Origin: Myxococcales bacterium
GTDB taxonomy: Bacteria > Myxococcota_A > UBA9042
Assembly: GCA_037441385.1 (NCBI GenBank)
Contig: JBBISH010000016.1
Span: 8,700 to 72,699 of the forward strand
Reading direction: 5' to 3'
Length of the DNA stretch: 64,000 nucleotides
Both the position numbers and the translations under genes were made by a program. Shown one piece after another: positions 1 through 12,208 of the stretch (its first letter is position 1; every line of letters starts with the position of its first letter). The notes beneath the pieces were generated by a model. That model had not been told where the DNA came from, did not search any database, and saw only the letters and a program-made list of their open reading frames with translations.

Positions 1-253
1 ACCAGGGAGGATGGTCCGCCCGGGACAGGACGACGTCGCTACCGGGTTCACCTGTCCGACCGATCAGGACAGCAGCCTTGGGTTCCAGGCGTGCACCGCC
101 AAGGGGGTGACTGTGCCCGTAGGGCAAGGCCGCCCACCGGTGCAACAGTTGCTCGATGGCGGCTTGAGCGGTCGGCGCCAGGACCAGCTCGCCCGACGGG
201 GGGCGGTCTGGAGCCGGCACATGGGACGGCACTGGGCCAAGTGGCGCAGCCAT
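1..253 (-). CDS. Hypothetical protein, 5' part only (runs off left edge)
   Basis: ATG at 253-251 overlaps the TGA of the upstream gene (TGATG coupling); frame is open to the window edge (MAAPLGPVPSHVPAPDRPPSGELVLAP...). Confidence 0.5.
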   Translation of the reverse strand, partial: MAAPLGPVPSHVPAPDRPPSGELVLAPTAQAAIEQLLHRWAALPYGHSHPLGGARLEPKAAVLIGRTGEPGSDVVLSRADHPPW

Positions 254-2073
254 CAGGGTACCTCTGGGCGCGGCGCGGGCGCTTCAAGTTCGAGTAAACA
301 CGGTGGGTTGGCGGTGGTGCCCGCCCAACCGGAGCAGCGGCGGCCGATGGCCTTGCCTAGCTCCAGGGTTGTTTGGGTGCCCAGCGCCGGAAGCGTCACC
401 GAGCGGCGGTCGTTGGACAGCTGGGCTCCTGGGTGCGCGGTGCGCGTGATCGTCCAGGGGCAGTTGGGGTCGTTGTCCAGCAAGAACACGGTGCGATCGG
501 TGTCTCCGCCGCTGTGGACCTGGAGCGAAAGAGTGACCTGGGCGGTGGCGGTGGGGTCGACGGGCAGTTGGAACGACTCGGGCATCGCCCGTGTATGGAG
601 TGGCGCTCCGGGGCGAACGGTGGGCTGGCTCGAGGGCGATAGCCATAGTCCAGGAGTGATGGTGGTGCAGGTCCGGCCATTGGGGCCGTCGAGGCAGGCT
701 TCGCCGCGGCTGGCGTCGACCCAGAGCGGAACCATGCGCCACCAGGTGGTCAGATCGGCGCGAACGGCCGCGGCTTGCCAGCCGGGCGGCTGCGGCTGGT
801 CGCTCGGCAGGTCCAACACTTGTACGCCAAGGGGCGAGGGCGCCTGAAGCTGCCACGGGTGGCCCGGCGCGTCGACTTCGACCGCTCCGGCGAGACGCCT
901 GCAGCCGTAGCCCTGGATCCGTGCCGCGCTGAGCGGGTAGGCCAAGCCGGCGACTTGGAGGGCATTTTGCACCTGGACCACCACCGGCCACGGGTGTCCC
1001 ACAGAAACGCGGCCCGGGCCGTGCAGCCCAGCGAATAGGGCTGCGGCGATCAGGGCGGGCAACGCCGTTGGCGCCCGATGTGCCGGCCAAGGGGCGAGCG
1101 TCACCGCGGCCACGCCCACGAGCAGGCTCGCGGTCAGGTAGCGCGGCTCAAGGGGCCGGTCGAGCAGGACCGTGCCGACTAGCAGGCCGCACGCCGACAG
1201 AGCAGACACGATGCAGAGGCCCAAGAGGGGGACCGATCGCCAGGAGCGCAGCAGCCGGCGGCTGGCCAGCGCAACCGCGAGCACGGCGCAGACGGCGGCG
1301 AGCGGCGGCACGGTCTCCCAGGCGGGGCGCAGGTTTTCGAACTGGGTCTGTGGGGCGAGCAATCCCGTCGCCGCCAAAAATCCAACCCCAAGCCACGCCA
1401 GGGCGGCAAGCGGCCTGGTGTCTGTGACCAGCACTGCGACCAACCAGGCAGCCACGCAGGGCCAGGTCGCCGGGTGGCTATCCGCTAGCAGCGCCAGCAA
1501 CGCGCCGTGAACCAGCGGGCCCCACGGTCTGGGCGGCGGATCGCTCTGCCAATGCAGCCACCATGCGATCGCCAGGGCCGTCAGCCACGGCCCCAGCGCC
1601 GGTGACCACACGGTATTGGGGGTGCGCTCCACCGCCAGCACGGCCACGGCAAGCACTGCCGCCCAAGCACTGGCTTGGGGGCGGTGGCGCTGGACTGCAG
1701 CATAGATCAAGGCGACTGCCGCCGCGTCGCAGGCCAGCACGCACCAGGCAATGGCCGGCGTTGGCACCTGCATCGACCGCAGAAGCACCAGTAGGAACGG
1801 CCACAAAGCCCCGTTGTGCAAGCCAGCCAGGCTGGAGGCCGCCCCTTCAGCGGCGCAGTCGCCGCGGTCGACACAGTCGCGCGCGGCCAACAGGTCGCGC
1901 AAGGTGTCTGGATGGTCCGAGAGCGGCAGGCCGCAGTAGCCCACAACCGCGGCAGCCACGGCGCACCAGAGCCAAGGGCCCGCAGATTGCAGCCGTGCTT
2001 CCAGCGGGGCGAGACCTTGGATTGCCCTGCCCGCTTGGCCAGCCCAGGTGCGGACGCGTCCGGCTACCGCCAT
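253..2073 (-). CDS. Polytopic membrane protein, possibly GT-C-like, with soluble C-terminal domain
   Basis: Many hydrophobic segments in the N-terminal two thirds (PDTLRDLL...GLHNGALWP), hydrophilic Cys-containing C-terminus; start placed at MAVAGR just after the glnS stop. Confidence 0.55.
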   Translation of the reverse strand: MAVAGRVRTWAGQAGRAIQGLAPLEARLQSAGPWLWCAVAAAVVGYCGLPLSDHPDTLRDLLAARDCVDRGDCAAEGAASSLAGLHNGALWPFLLVLLRSMQVPTPAIAWCVLACDAAAVALIYAAVQRHRPQASAWAAVLAVAVLAVERTPNTVWSPALGPWLTALAIAWWLHWQSDPPPRPWGPLVHGALLALLADSHPATWPCVAAWLVAVLVTDTRPLAALAWLGVGFLAATGLLAPQTQFENLRPAWETVPPLAAVCAVLAVALASRRLLRSWRSVPLLGLCIVSALSACGLLVGTVLLDRPLEPRYLTASLLVGVAAVTLAPWPAHRAPTALPALIAAALFAGLHGPGRVSVGHPWPVVVQVQNALQVAGLAYPLSAARIQGYGCRRLAGAVEVDAPGHPWQLQAPSPLGVQVLDLPSDQPQPPGWQAAAVRADLTTWWRMVPLWVDASRGEACLDGPNGRTCTTITPGLWLSPSSQPTVRPGAPLHTRAMPESFQLPVDPTATAQVTLSLQVHSGGDTDRTVFLLDNDPNCPWTITRTAHPGAQLSNDRRSVTLPALGTQTTLELGKAIGRRCSGWAGTTANPPCLLELEAPAPRPEVP

Positions 2074-2104
2074 GATCCAACGCCAAGCGCGGCCGCAGGT
2101 GCCG

Positions 2105-4390
<2,286 letters not shown>

Positions 4391-4449
4391 GGGAACCTCG
4401 CGCCCATGGCCGGGCGGGACGGTAGCATAGCGATGCAAAGTGAATTCTT

Positions 4450-5241
4450 CTAGCGACCGCGGAACTGCGGGGGTCGCTTGGCCAGCAGCGCCTCGACCCC
4501 TTCGCGGGCGTCGTCGGTCTGCAGGGTGGTCGCCTGGGCAAAGGCTTCGCGCCACGCGGCGGCCCGCGGATCCCAGCCCAAGTTCTGGTAGATCGACCGC
4601 TTCATCAGGCGCACAGCGATCGGCGCCGAGCGGGCAATGTCGGCGGCCAGCGCCAGCGCTTGGGGCAGCACTTGATCGGCCGGGACCGCGCGGTTGAACA
4701 ATCCCCAGGCCGCGCCTTGGTCGCCCGAGATCAGTTCGCCGGTCATGAGCAGCTCCATGGCCCGTGGCACGCCGATGAAACGCGGCAACAGGTCGCTGAT
4801 GGCCAGGCCAGACGAGATGCCCAACTTCGCAAAATTGGCGCCGTAGCGCGCTGTGCTGCTGGCTACCCGCAAGTCGCAGCACAGCGACAGGCCAAAGCCG
4901 CCGCCGACCGCGTGGCCTTGCAGCGCGCCGATCACGGGCACTTCCACGTCGATGAGACTCAGGAACGGCGCATACATCGCGTACGAGCGCTCGCCGGTGG
5001 TGCGGCCGTGGCCTTCGCGCTGAACCGCGGCGCGGAAGTCGGCGCCGGCCGAAAAGCAGCTGCCCGTGCCCGTGACCACGACGCAGCGTAGATCCTCGTC
5101 GGCGCGGAGTTCGGCGACGCGCCCGGCAAACGAATCCAGCAGCTCGGGCGTCATGCTGTTGCGGTTGTCCGGCCGATTCAGGCGCAGAACGGCGATCGGG
5201 CCGGATTTTTCGATGACGACGGCCGGCTCGGGGCTGGACAT
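4450..5241 (-). CDS. Enoyl-CoA hydratase/isomerase family protein
   Basis: LNRPDNRNSM, FSAGADF, GHAVGGGFGLSLCCDLRVA crotonase motifs. Confidence 0.92.
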   Translation of the reverse strand: MSSPEPAVVIEKSGPIAVLRLNRPDNRNSMTPELLDSFAGRVAELRADEDLRCVVVTGTGSCFSAGADFRAAVQREGHGRTTGERSYAMYAPFLSLIDVEVPVIGALQGHAVGGGFGLSLCCDLRVASSTARYGANFAKLGISSGLAISDLLPRFIGVPRAMELLMTGELISGDQGAAWGLFNRAVPADQVLPQALALAADIARSAPIAVRLMKRSIYQNLGWDPRAAAWREAFAQATTLQTDDAREGVEALLAKRPPQFRGR

Positions 5242-5316
5242 GCGCTTCTCGTACCGGATCCGTTCAAACCGGATCCAAGGCTCGGGCATTTCTTTGGGCC
5301 CGAATTGGGGGGCGGA

Positions 5317-6192
5317 TCACATGGCGGCGGCCGCCGACGCGTCTCCGTACAACAAACGGCCGCCATCGTCGAGTGCGTCCAGAGTCTGGTAGCGACGCTG
5401 CGCGGGGTCCAGGACCCACACCCGCCCGTCGCGACTGGCAAAACGTACCCACGCGTGACTGAACCAGCCCGCCACGAACTTGCGCTCGAGCGACGCGGTC
5501 CCCTGCAGCCAGCCCTGATCGGCCAGACGCTCCAAGATCGCGCCGACAAAGCAGACTTGGTGGCGGCAGACGCCGCCCTTGGCGTGCAAGAACAGGTCCA
5601 GGTCCACCGGCTCGTCGGGCTGCAACACGCCCAAACGCTCGAGTTGGTGCACCGCGGCCTCGTCGTAGGGCATGTAGGTCGCCACCAACTCGGCCACGTG
5701 GCGCGCCAGGTTGTCGTTGAGATCACGGCGGACGTCGGCTGCTTCGCGGACGCCGCAGATCGCCTGGACCCAGTCGTCGTAGACCTGGCGCAGGGTGCTG
5801 CCGGGCCGGCGCATGTCCACGACGATCGCCTCGCGCGGCTTGCGGCCAAAGTAGATACCGCCGTCGACCCGGCTGCCCGAGCCGATCACCTGCCAGCCAC
5901 AGTAGTAGCCGTACGGCGACCCAGGGCCGTCGCTCGGCTCCAATTTTCCAGCATTGCTGAGCCGTTGCATGGCGATCACGGTGTTGCCGGCGCGGGCGCG
6001 GTCAAAGCGGTGCAGCGCCTCGACGCGCAGGGGATCGCTGCTGCTTAAGCTGGGGAGCACCCCGGTGCGGTCGTCACTTTCGTCGGCCAAACGCGTGTCA
6101 AAACCGCCCGATTGCGACCAGTTACGCAAGTTGCCCCAGGTCCGCACGGGGAGTGGGTCGCCAAGGTGCACGTCGCGGTCGCGCTCGATCAT
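5317..6192 (-). CDS. Transglutaminase/papain-like fold protein (Cys-His-Asp triad candidate)
   Basis: GGVCRHQ...HAWVRF...WVLDP motif order is typical of transglutaminase-like catalytic cores. Confidence 0.65.
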   Translation of the reverse strand: MIERDRDVHLGDPLPVRTWGNLRNWSQSGGFDTRLADESDDRTGVLPSLSSSDPLRVEALHRFDRARAGNTVIAMQRLSNAGKLEPSDGPGSPYGYYCGWQVIGSGSRVDGGIYFGRKPREAIVVDMRRPGSTLRQVYDDWVQAICGVREAADVRRDLNDNLARHVAELVATYMPYDEAAVHQLERLGVLQPDEPVDLDLFLHAKGGVCRHQVCFVGAILERLADQGWLQGTASLERKFVAGWFSHAWVRFASRDGRVWVLDPAQRRYQTLDALDDGGRLLYGDASAAAAM

Positions 6193-6338
6193 GGCGACAG
6201 CCTACGCGAATGGCCGGGCCCAGTCCAATCGCCCGCGCGCGCCTGGGGTGTTGACGTCCTGCTGCGGCCTTGCCAGCATCGCAGCCGCTTGCGTCCGCCG
6301 TGCCGTGCGGTCGCCGCAATTTGCGAGGAGAGTTCACC

Positions 6339-7865
6339 ATGTCCACGGGTAGTCCGAAATTCTGTGCGGCGTGCGGTCACGCTCTGCAGCCTGGGGCCAA
6401 GTTCTGCCCCGATTGCGGCGAGAAACTCACGCCGGCCCAAGCGGCCGAACAAGCCAAGATCGAAGAGAAAAAGGCCGAGCCCGCCGCCGCCGAGCCAGCG
6501 CCTGCCGCTCCCGCCAAGCCGGCCGCCGCCAAGCCTGCTCCGGCGCCGAGTGCCGCCAGCGATCACGACGATCACCTGCCGCCGCCGGATCACGACGACG
6601 ACCTGGACGAGTTGCACCCGCACAAGCTGCACAGCGGGCCGTCTACACCGCTGATCGCGGGCGGGATTGCCCTGGTGGTCATGCTGGGCGCGGTCCTGTT
6701 CCTGACGACCAACCCCGAGCGTTTGGCGGCCTTCCAGTGCCGCGTGCTCGGCCAGGCCGACAAGTGCGAGACCGAGGCGATGAAACTCGCCAAGCTGAAG
6801 AAGCAGCAGAACGAAGAAGAGCAGCAGCTGATGGTGTCGGCGGCGGCGCAGTTCGATCTGAGCTTCGACCCCAAGGAGTCGTGGGTCACCATCGTGCAGA
6901 AGCGCTACGAAGAGCCGCGCGACGACTTCGTCAAGCGGGTGCGCGACAACGGCCCCGACGCCCGCAAACTGGTCGAGACCCGCTTTGGCGACTACGTCGT
7001 CAGCAAGGCCAAGGGCGAGCAAGGCCAAATCAAGGGCGCTATTGCCTTTGTCACCGCCGAAGAGTGGACCGCCAAGCACTCGTCGCCCGAGACGCAGCCT
7101 GCGCTGATCCCCGAGTCGCCTCCGCCGCCGCCCAAGCCGGGTGATCCGCCACCGCCGCCGCCGCCGCCGGTTCCGGTGCCGCCCAAGGGGCCGATCTCGT
7201 GGTGGCCCAAGAAGAATCAAGAAATCACGCTGCCCATGGCGGTGCAGAACTTGCCCATGCTCGAAAAGGAGCAGGCCGACGGCGCCGGCAAGCGCCTGAC
7301 CGCCGAGGCGATCGCCGAGTTGCAAAAGAAGATCGAGGAAGCGGCGAGCGCCAATGCCGCGCCCAAGAAGGAAGGGGAAGAGGTCAAGAAGGAGGATCCG
7401 ACCAAGGATATCAAGACTGTGGCCGTGTCGACCTGGATCTACGAGGTGCACCTGTGGGCGCCCGGCTACTTCCAGCGCGACATCGTCTTCTTCGACGATC
7501 CGCTGCCGCCCGACCTGGACAAGAAGAAGCTGGAGGCCGACAAGTGGACCGTGCGCAAGTTCAAGAAGACGCCCGACGGCAAGCTGGTCATCGACAATGC
7601 TAGCTTTGACCTGTTGCCCGAGCCGCGCACGCTGCAGGGCCGCTATCTCCGCGTCCTGAAAGAAATCCACTGCATCAAGCAGAGCAAGGAATACCAGGGC
7701 AAGAGCGCCCAGGGCCAGAAGGACGACGAGGAATTGCTGTGGGAGCAGGCGGCCTTCACCAAGGAGAAGAAGGAGATCGCCATGAAGAACGACGGCGATC
7801 CCCAGTTCGAGGCCGAGCGCCAGAAGATGCTCAAGGAAGCCAAGTGCGAAAAGGCGCCCCAATAA
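6339..7865 (+). CDS. Zinc-ribbon membrane-anchored protein with Pro-rich segments
   Basis: N-terminal CAACG...KFCPDCG zinc ribbon, Ala/Pro linker, one TM (LIAGGIALVVMLGAVLFL), large soluble C-terminus; GAGGAG RBS; strong GC3 codon bias. Confidence 0.8.
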   Translation: MSTGSPKFCAACGHALQPGAKFCPDCGEKLTPAQAAEQAKIEEKKAEPAAAEPAPAAPAKPAAAKPAPAPSAASDHDDHLPPPDHDDDLDELHPHKLHSGPSTPLIAGGIALVVMLGAVLFLTTNPERLAAFQCRVLGQADKCETEAMKLAKLKKQQNEEEQQLMVSAAAQFDLSFDPKESWVTIVQKRYEEPRDDFVKRVRDNGPDARKLVETRFGDYVVSKAKGEQGQIKGAIAFVTAEEWTAKHSSPETQPALIPESPPPPPKPGDPPPPPPPPVPVPPKGPISWWPKKNQEITLPMAVQNLPMLEKEQADGAGKRLTAEAIAELQKKIEEAASANAAPKKEGEEVKKEDPTKDIKTVAVSTWIYEVHLWAPGYFQRDIVFFDDPLPPDLDKKKLEADKWTVRKFKKTPDGKLVIDNASFDLLPEPRTLQGRYLRVLKEIHCIKQSKEYQGKSAQGQKDDEELLWEQAAFTKEKKEIAMKNDGDPQFEAERQKMLKEAKCEKAPQ

Positions 7866-7930
7866 CCAGCGCTTGGACAGCCTGTTGAAGTTTCTTGCAA
7901 GTCGCATCGGCCCGGAGCAGGATCGGGTCG

Positions 7931-10375
7931 ATGCGTTTCGCCCGCACCAGCGCCGTTGTCTGCCCTCGCCACCCCGCTAGACCGGTGATCTGTCTAGCGA
8001 TCCTTGCGACGCTAGCCATCGCCACGACGGGGCCTGCCCAGGCCGCCGAAGACGGCGAAGATGGTGAACCGGAGACCTCGCCGGTCTGCGAAAATGCGGC
8101 CGAAGCTGCGCCAGCAGCTAGCCAGGGCCGAATTTCGACCGAAGAACTCTACGATCTGACGCTTTTCGAGGAGCAGGACCCCGGCTTCCGGGCGCTGCGC
8201 GAGGCCTACTCCAAGCGCCAGTGGGCGGCGGTGGTCAAGCTGGCCCCCGACGTGGCGGAGCACAGCCGCGTGCCCGGTTTGGCCGCGGCGACGTGGATGC
8301 TGCGCGCCCAGGCCCACGAGGCCCTGCGACAATGGCCCGACGCGGAGCGCAGTTGGCAGCGTTTGGCTCAGTCCGGCGTATTGGCCCAGCGGGCGCGCCT
8401 GCACTTGGCGGAGCTGGCGCTCAAGCGCAAAGACGTGGGCGAAGCGCTGGTGCAGCTCGCAGCCGTGGCGCTGTGGCACGTGGCCCGCGACGAAGCCACG
8501 TTGACCATGGCGCGCCTGGAGTTGGAGCGCGACCACGTGGGGCCTGCGCGCGATGCCCTAGAGCGGATCGAGGCGCATCACCTGCGGCCCGAGCAGCGCG
8601 CCATGTACGCGTACTTGCTGGGAGAAGTGCGCCATCGCTCGGGGCACGACGACGAAGCGCGCGGCCAGTACCGCCAGAGCTGGAACTTGGACAGCGAGCC
8701 TTATTCGGCCAAGGCTGCCAAACGTTTGGCTGACTTGCAGGCCGCGCCCAGCCCGGCTGACCAGATCGAGCGCATCTTGCGTCGCCGCGAAGTCAAGCCC
8801 GGCCAACTCAAGGCTTGGCTGCGCGAGGCTGAGGCGATCACCGAAGAAGACAGCGGTCTGCGCCTGTACGTGCAGGGATCGCTTTGGATTCGCGAGCGCA
8901 ACAGCCGGACGCGGGCCGTAGAGGCTTTGCAGAAGGCGACGGACCTGCTCACCGATCCCGTGCAACTGGCGCGGGCCCTGTACGCCTATGCCGACGCGCT
9001 GGGCAAGACGGGAGACGATCAGGCCGGCATCGAAGCACTGCAGCGGATCGCTACCGTGATCCAAGGCGAGACGAGCCCAGCCGCAGCCGAGGTGTCGGCC
9101 CGCAGTCTGGCCCGGCTGCACCGCCTGTACAACGCCGTCGATCGGCCCGGCGACGCGCTCGCGGCGCTGCGCAAGTTGCTGGATTTGCACCCCGATGCCC
9201 AAGAGCGCGAGTTGGCGGTGTGGGGCCTGGGCTGGCAGCACTTCTTGGCGGGCAATTACCCGGCCGCGCTGGAATTGTTCGTCAAGCTAGAGCGCGAGCA
9301 CGGCAACCTGTGGACCGGCGCGCAGCAGCCCTGGCGGGCCAAGGCCATCTACTGGCAAGCGCGCTGTCTGCAGCAGATGGGCCAGGTCGACGCTGCGCTA
9401 GACGCGTGGTCCAGCGTCACCAACACCTACGCCCAGACCTACTATGGCATCTTGAGCTTGGACCGCATCGCCGAGATCGACGCCGATCGCGCGGCCCGCC
9501 TGCAGGGACCGCCACCCAGCCCCACCGGTACCGACACGCCGCCGCCCAGCCTGGCGAGGTTGCGCGTCACCCGCTCGCAAGCGCTGGACGAAGCGGCGAT
9601 CTTGCTCAAGTCCGGGCTGCAGGGCGAGGCCAAGGCGTTGCTGTCGGAACAGCTGGCCAAGGGGCTGCCGCGCGACGGCGTGCACTTGCTGGCGACCCTG
9701 TACGACATCGGTGGCAACCGACGGTTGGCCTACGGCGTGATGAGCCGCCACACCCGTCGGGCGGCCCGGCCCGACGATTCGACTGCGCAGGTCTGGCGGC
9801 AGTCCTTCCCGCGCGCTTTCTACGAAGAAGTCGACGCCGCCACTGCCCAGGCCGCGATCGGTCGCTCGACGTTGTATGCCATCGTTCGCCACGAGAGCGC
9901 GTTTGTGCCCACGGTGGTCTCCAAAGCTGGTGCCTACGGCCTGGTTCAAGTGCTGCCCAGCGCGGCCCGGTCGATCGCCGAGCTCTACGGTGTGGCCTAC
10001 AGCGGTCCGGGCTCGCTGCTCCGGCCGGCGACGAACCTGCAGATTGGCGCCCTGTACCTGGCCCAATTGATGAGCTTTTACAAGGGCAATCTGCCCGTGG
10101 TCGCAGCGGCCTACAATGCCGGGCCCTACGCGGCGCGCGACTGGGTCAAGCGCTGGCAAAATCAGCCGACCGACGTGTTCGTCGAGAACATCCCTTACCC
10201 CGCCACGCGCGCCTACGTGATGCAAGTGACCGCCAGCGCACAGACCTACGCCTGGCTGTATCCCGAGTGGCAAGAGATCAGCGCCGGCCCGCTGCTGCGC
10301 ACGCCCAACCTGCCGCGCGGCTTTGGCCCGTTCATGCAAAAGCCGGGCGTCGGCGCCACCGCCCTCGTCAATTGA
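7931..10375 (+). CDS. Soluble lytic murein transglycosylase (Slt-like) with TPR repeats
   Basis: Signal peptide, TPR-like helices, C-terminal AIVRHESAF, GAYGLVQV, AAYNAGP, ENIPYPATRAYV; start uncertain. Confidence 0.9.
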   Translation: MRFARTSAVVCPRHPARPVICLAILATLAIATTGPAQAAEDGEDGEPETSPVCENAAEAAPAASQGRISTEELYDLTLFEEQDPGFRALREAYSKRQWAAVVKLAPDVAEHSRVPGLAAATWMLRAQAHEALRQWPDAERSWQRLAQSGVLAQRARLHLAELALKRKDVGEALVQLAAVALWHVARDEATLTMARLELERDHVGPARDALERIEAHHLRPEQRAMYAYLLGEVRHRSGHDDEARGQYRQSWNLDSEPYSAKAAKRLADLQAAPSPADQIERILRRREVKPGQLKAWLREAEAITEEDSGLRLYVQGSLWIRERNSRTRAVEALQKATDLLTDPVQLARALYAYADALGKTGDDQAGIEALQRIATVIQGETSPAAAEVSARSLARLHRLYNAVDRPGDALAALRKLLDLHPDAQERELAVWGLGWQHFLAGNYPAALELFVKLEREHGNLWTGAQQPWRAKAIYWQARCLQQMGQVDAALDAWSSVTNTYAQTYYGILSLDRIAEIDADRAARLQGPPPSPTGTDTPPPSLARLRVTRSQALDEAAILLKSGLQGEAKALLSEQLAKGLPRDGVHLLATLYDIGGNRRLAYGVMSRHTRRAARPDDSTAQVWRQSFPRAFYEEVDAATAQAAIGRSTLYAIVRHESAFVPTVVSKAGAYGLVQVLPSAARSIAELYGVAYSGPGSLLRPATNLQIGALYLAQLMSFYKGNLPVVAAAYNAGPYAARDWVKRWQNQPTDVFVENIPYPATRAYVMQVTASAQTYAWLYPEWQEISAGPLLRTPNLPRGFGPFMQKPGVGATALVN

Positions 10376-10400
10376 GCGCGCGGACTGCTATGCTCGCCGC

Positions 10401-12206
10401 ATGAGCGAAGCCCCGCGCATCCACCTTCTAGACGCTGCTGTGGCCAACCAGATCGCCGCGGGCGAAGTGGTGGAGCGCCCGGCGTCGGTGGTCAAGGAAC
10501 TCGTCGAAAACTCGGTAGATGCCGGTGCGCGACGCATCACCGTGCGTCTGGTCGACGGTGGCCGCACCTTGGTGGCGGTCAGCGACGATGGCTGCGGCAT
10601 GAGCGCCGGCGACGCCCGCCTGGCCTTTGCCCGCCACGCCACCAGCAAAATCGCCAGCGCCGAAGACCTCATCGACATCGGCACCTACGGCTTTCGCGGC
10701 GAGGCCCTGGCCTCGATCCTGGCGGTGGCGCGGGTCACGCTGACCACACGCCGGCAGCAAGATCCGGTGGGCACGCGCCTGCGCGGCGCTGGGGGCGTCG
10801 ACCTGGACGAGAGCCCGGTTGGCTGCGCGGTCGGGACCAGCATCGAGATCGCCGACCTGTTCTGGAATGTACCGGCCCGCCTGAAGTTCTTGCGCACCGC
10901 CGCCACCGAGCTGGGTCAGGTCGTCAAGTACCTGGACGCCTTGGCGCTGGCCCGCCCCGACCTGCACGTGACGCTGTTCTCGGGCGACCGCAAGCTGCTG
11001 GACTATCCGCCCGACCCGGATCTGCCGCGGCGGGCGGCGGCCGTGCTGGGGCGTGAGGTGGCCGATCGTCTGTATCCTGTGGAAGAGAATCAGGAATACG
11101 TGGTGCGCGGCTTGCTCTCGGACCCCGGGCTGACCCACGGCGGCCCCGGCCAGCTGACCCTCCTCGTGGGTGGACGACCAGTCAGCGACCGCGTGCTGGC
11201 CCAAGCGATCGCCCAGGCTTACGGCACGTTGCTTGAGCGCGGCCGCTACCCGATGGGCGTGCTCCGCATCGACTGCCCGCCCGGTACGGTGGACGTCAAC
11301 GTGCACCCCGCCAAGACCGAAGTGCGCTTTGCCTCCAGCGGGGCCGTGTTTGGCGCGGTGCTGCGGGCCCTGCAGCCGATGCTAGCGGCGACCCCGTGGA
11401 TTGCTCAGCAACTGCAAGAGGATGCCAGGCCTGCGTCCAGTGTCAGTGCCCTGCCGCGCTCGCCCTCTGCCACCCGACCGAGCGACTGGTCCGCGGGCCT
11501 GCCATCGGTGCTTCGGCCGCAAGCGGTGTGGTCGGGGGGCGTTGCCGATGCCGGTCCGGCGCGGTCGGTGGCGTTGGAGTTGCCCGCCGCGCCCGCGTTG
11601 GACGCCGTGGGCGCAGGCACGGGGCCGTGGTCCAGTCTGCGCTATGTCGGGCAGGTGGGCCGCTGCTACCTGGTGTGCGAGTCGCCCGAGGCGCTACTAC
11701 TCATCGATCAACACGCCGCCCACGAGCGCATCCTTTACGAGGAGTTCAGCCAGTCGATCCACGCCGGCAACTACCCGTCGCAGCGGCTGTTGTCGCCGAT
11801 CGCCGTGCCGCTGCCCCCGGCGGAAGTGGCGGCGCTGCAGGCCGATACAGAACTGCTGGACCGCCTGGGCTTTGAGATCGAGCCGGGCGGCGAGCGGCTC
11901 GTGCGCGTGCGCGCCTATCCGTCGCTGCTGAAACCCGCGGCTGTGGCCGGCGAAGTCCGCGAAATTGCTGCGTCGCTGGTCCAGGGCGGCCAGGCCCAGT
12001 CCACTAGCGAGCGTTTGCAGCGCTTTGTGGCCACGCTGGCCTGCCATGCAGCGTTCCGCGCCGGCGATCCGATGTTCGAGGCCGACGTGCTGCGCCTATT
12101 GCAGCAGATGGACCGCATCGATCTGGCCGCCTATTGCCCGCATGGCCGACCCGTGTGGATGCGCGCCAAATTCGACGACGTCGGGCGCTGGTTCCACCGG
12201 ACGTAG
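10401..12206 (+). CDS. mutL: DNA mismatch repair endonuclease MutL
   Basis: NQIAAGEVVERPASVVKELVENSVDAGA, GFRGEAL, DVNVHPAK, DQHAAHER, ACH, CPHGRP motifs. Confidence 0.97.
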   Translation: MSEAPRIHLLDAAVANQIAAGEVVERPASVVKELVENSVDAGARRITVRLVDGGRTLVAVSDDGCGMSAGDARLAFARHATSKIASAEDLIDIGTYGFRGEALASILAVARVTLTTRRQQDPVGTRLRGAGGVDLDESPVGCAVGTSIEIADLFWNVPARLKFLRTAATELGQVVKYLDALALARPDLHVTLFSGDRKLLDYPPDPDLPRRAAAVLGREVADRLYPVEENQEYVVRGLLSDPGLTHGGPGQLTLLVGGRPVSDRVLAQAIAQAYGTLLERGRYPMGVLRIDCPPGTVDVNVHPAKTEVRFASSGAVFGAVLRALQPMLAATPWIAQQLQEDARPASSVSALPRSPSATRPSDWSAGLPSVLRPQAVWSGGVADAGPARSVALELPAAPALDAVGAGTGPWSSLRYVGQVGRCYLVCESPEALLLIDQHAAHERILYEEFSQSIHAGNYPSQRLLSPIAVPLPPAEVAALQADTELLDRLGFEIEPGGERLVRVRAYPSLLKPAAVAGEVREIAASLVQGGQAQSTSERLQRFVATLACHAAFRAGDPMFEADVLRLLQQMDRIDLAAYCPHGRPVWMRAKFDDVGRWFHRT

Positions 12207-12208
12207 CC

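Noticed and set aside
4391..4882. N-terminal extension of GlnRS in the ORF track
   Set aside because: Overlaps the enoyl-CoA hydratase gene in another frame; RBS and homology support the start at 4390.
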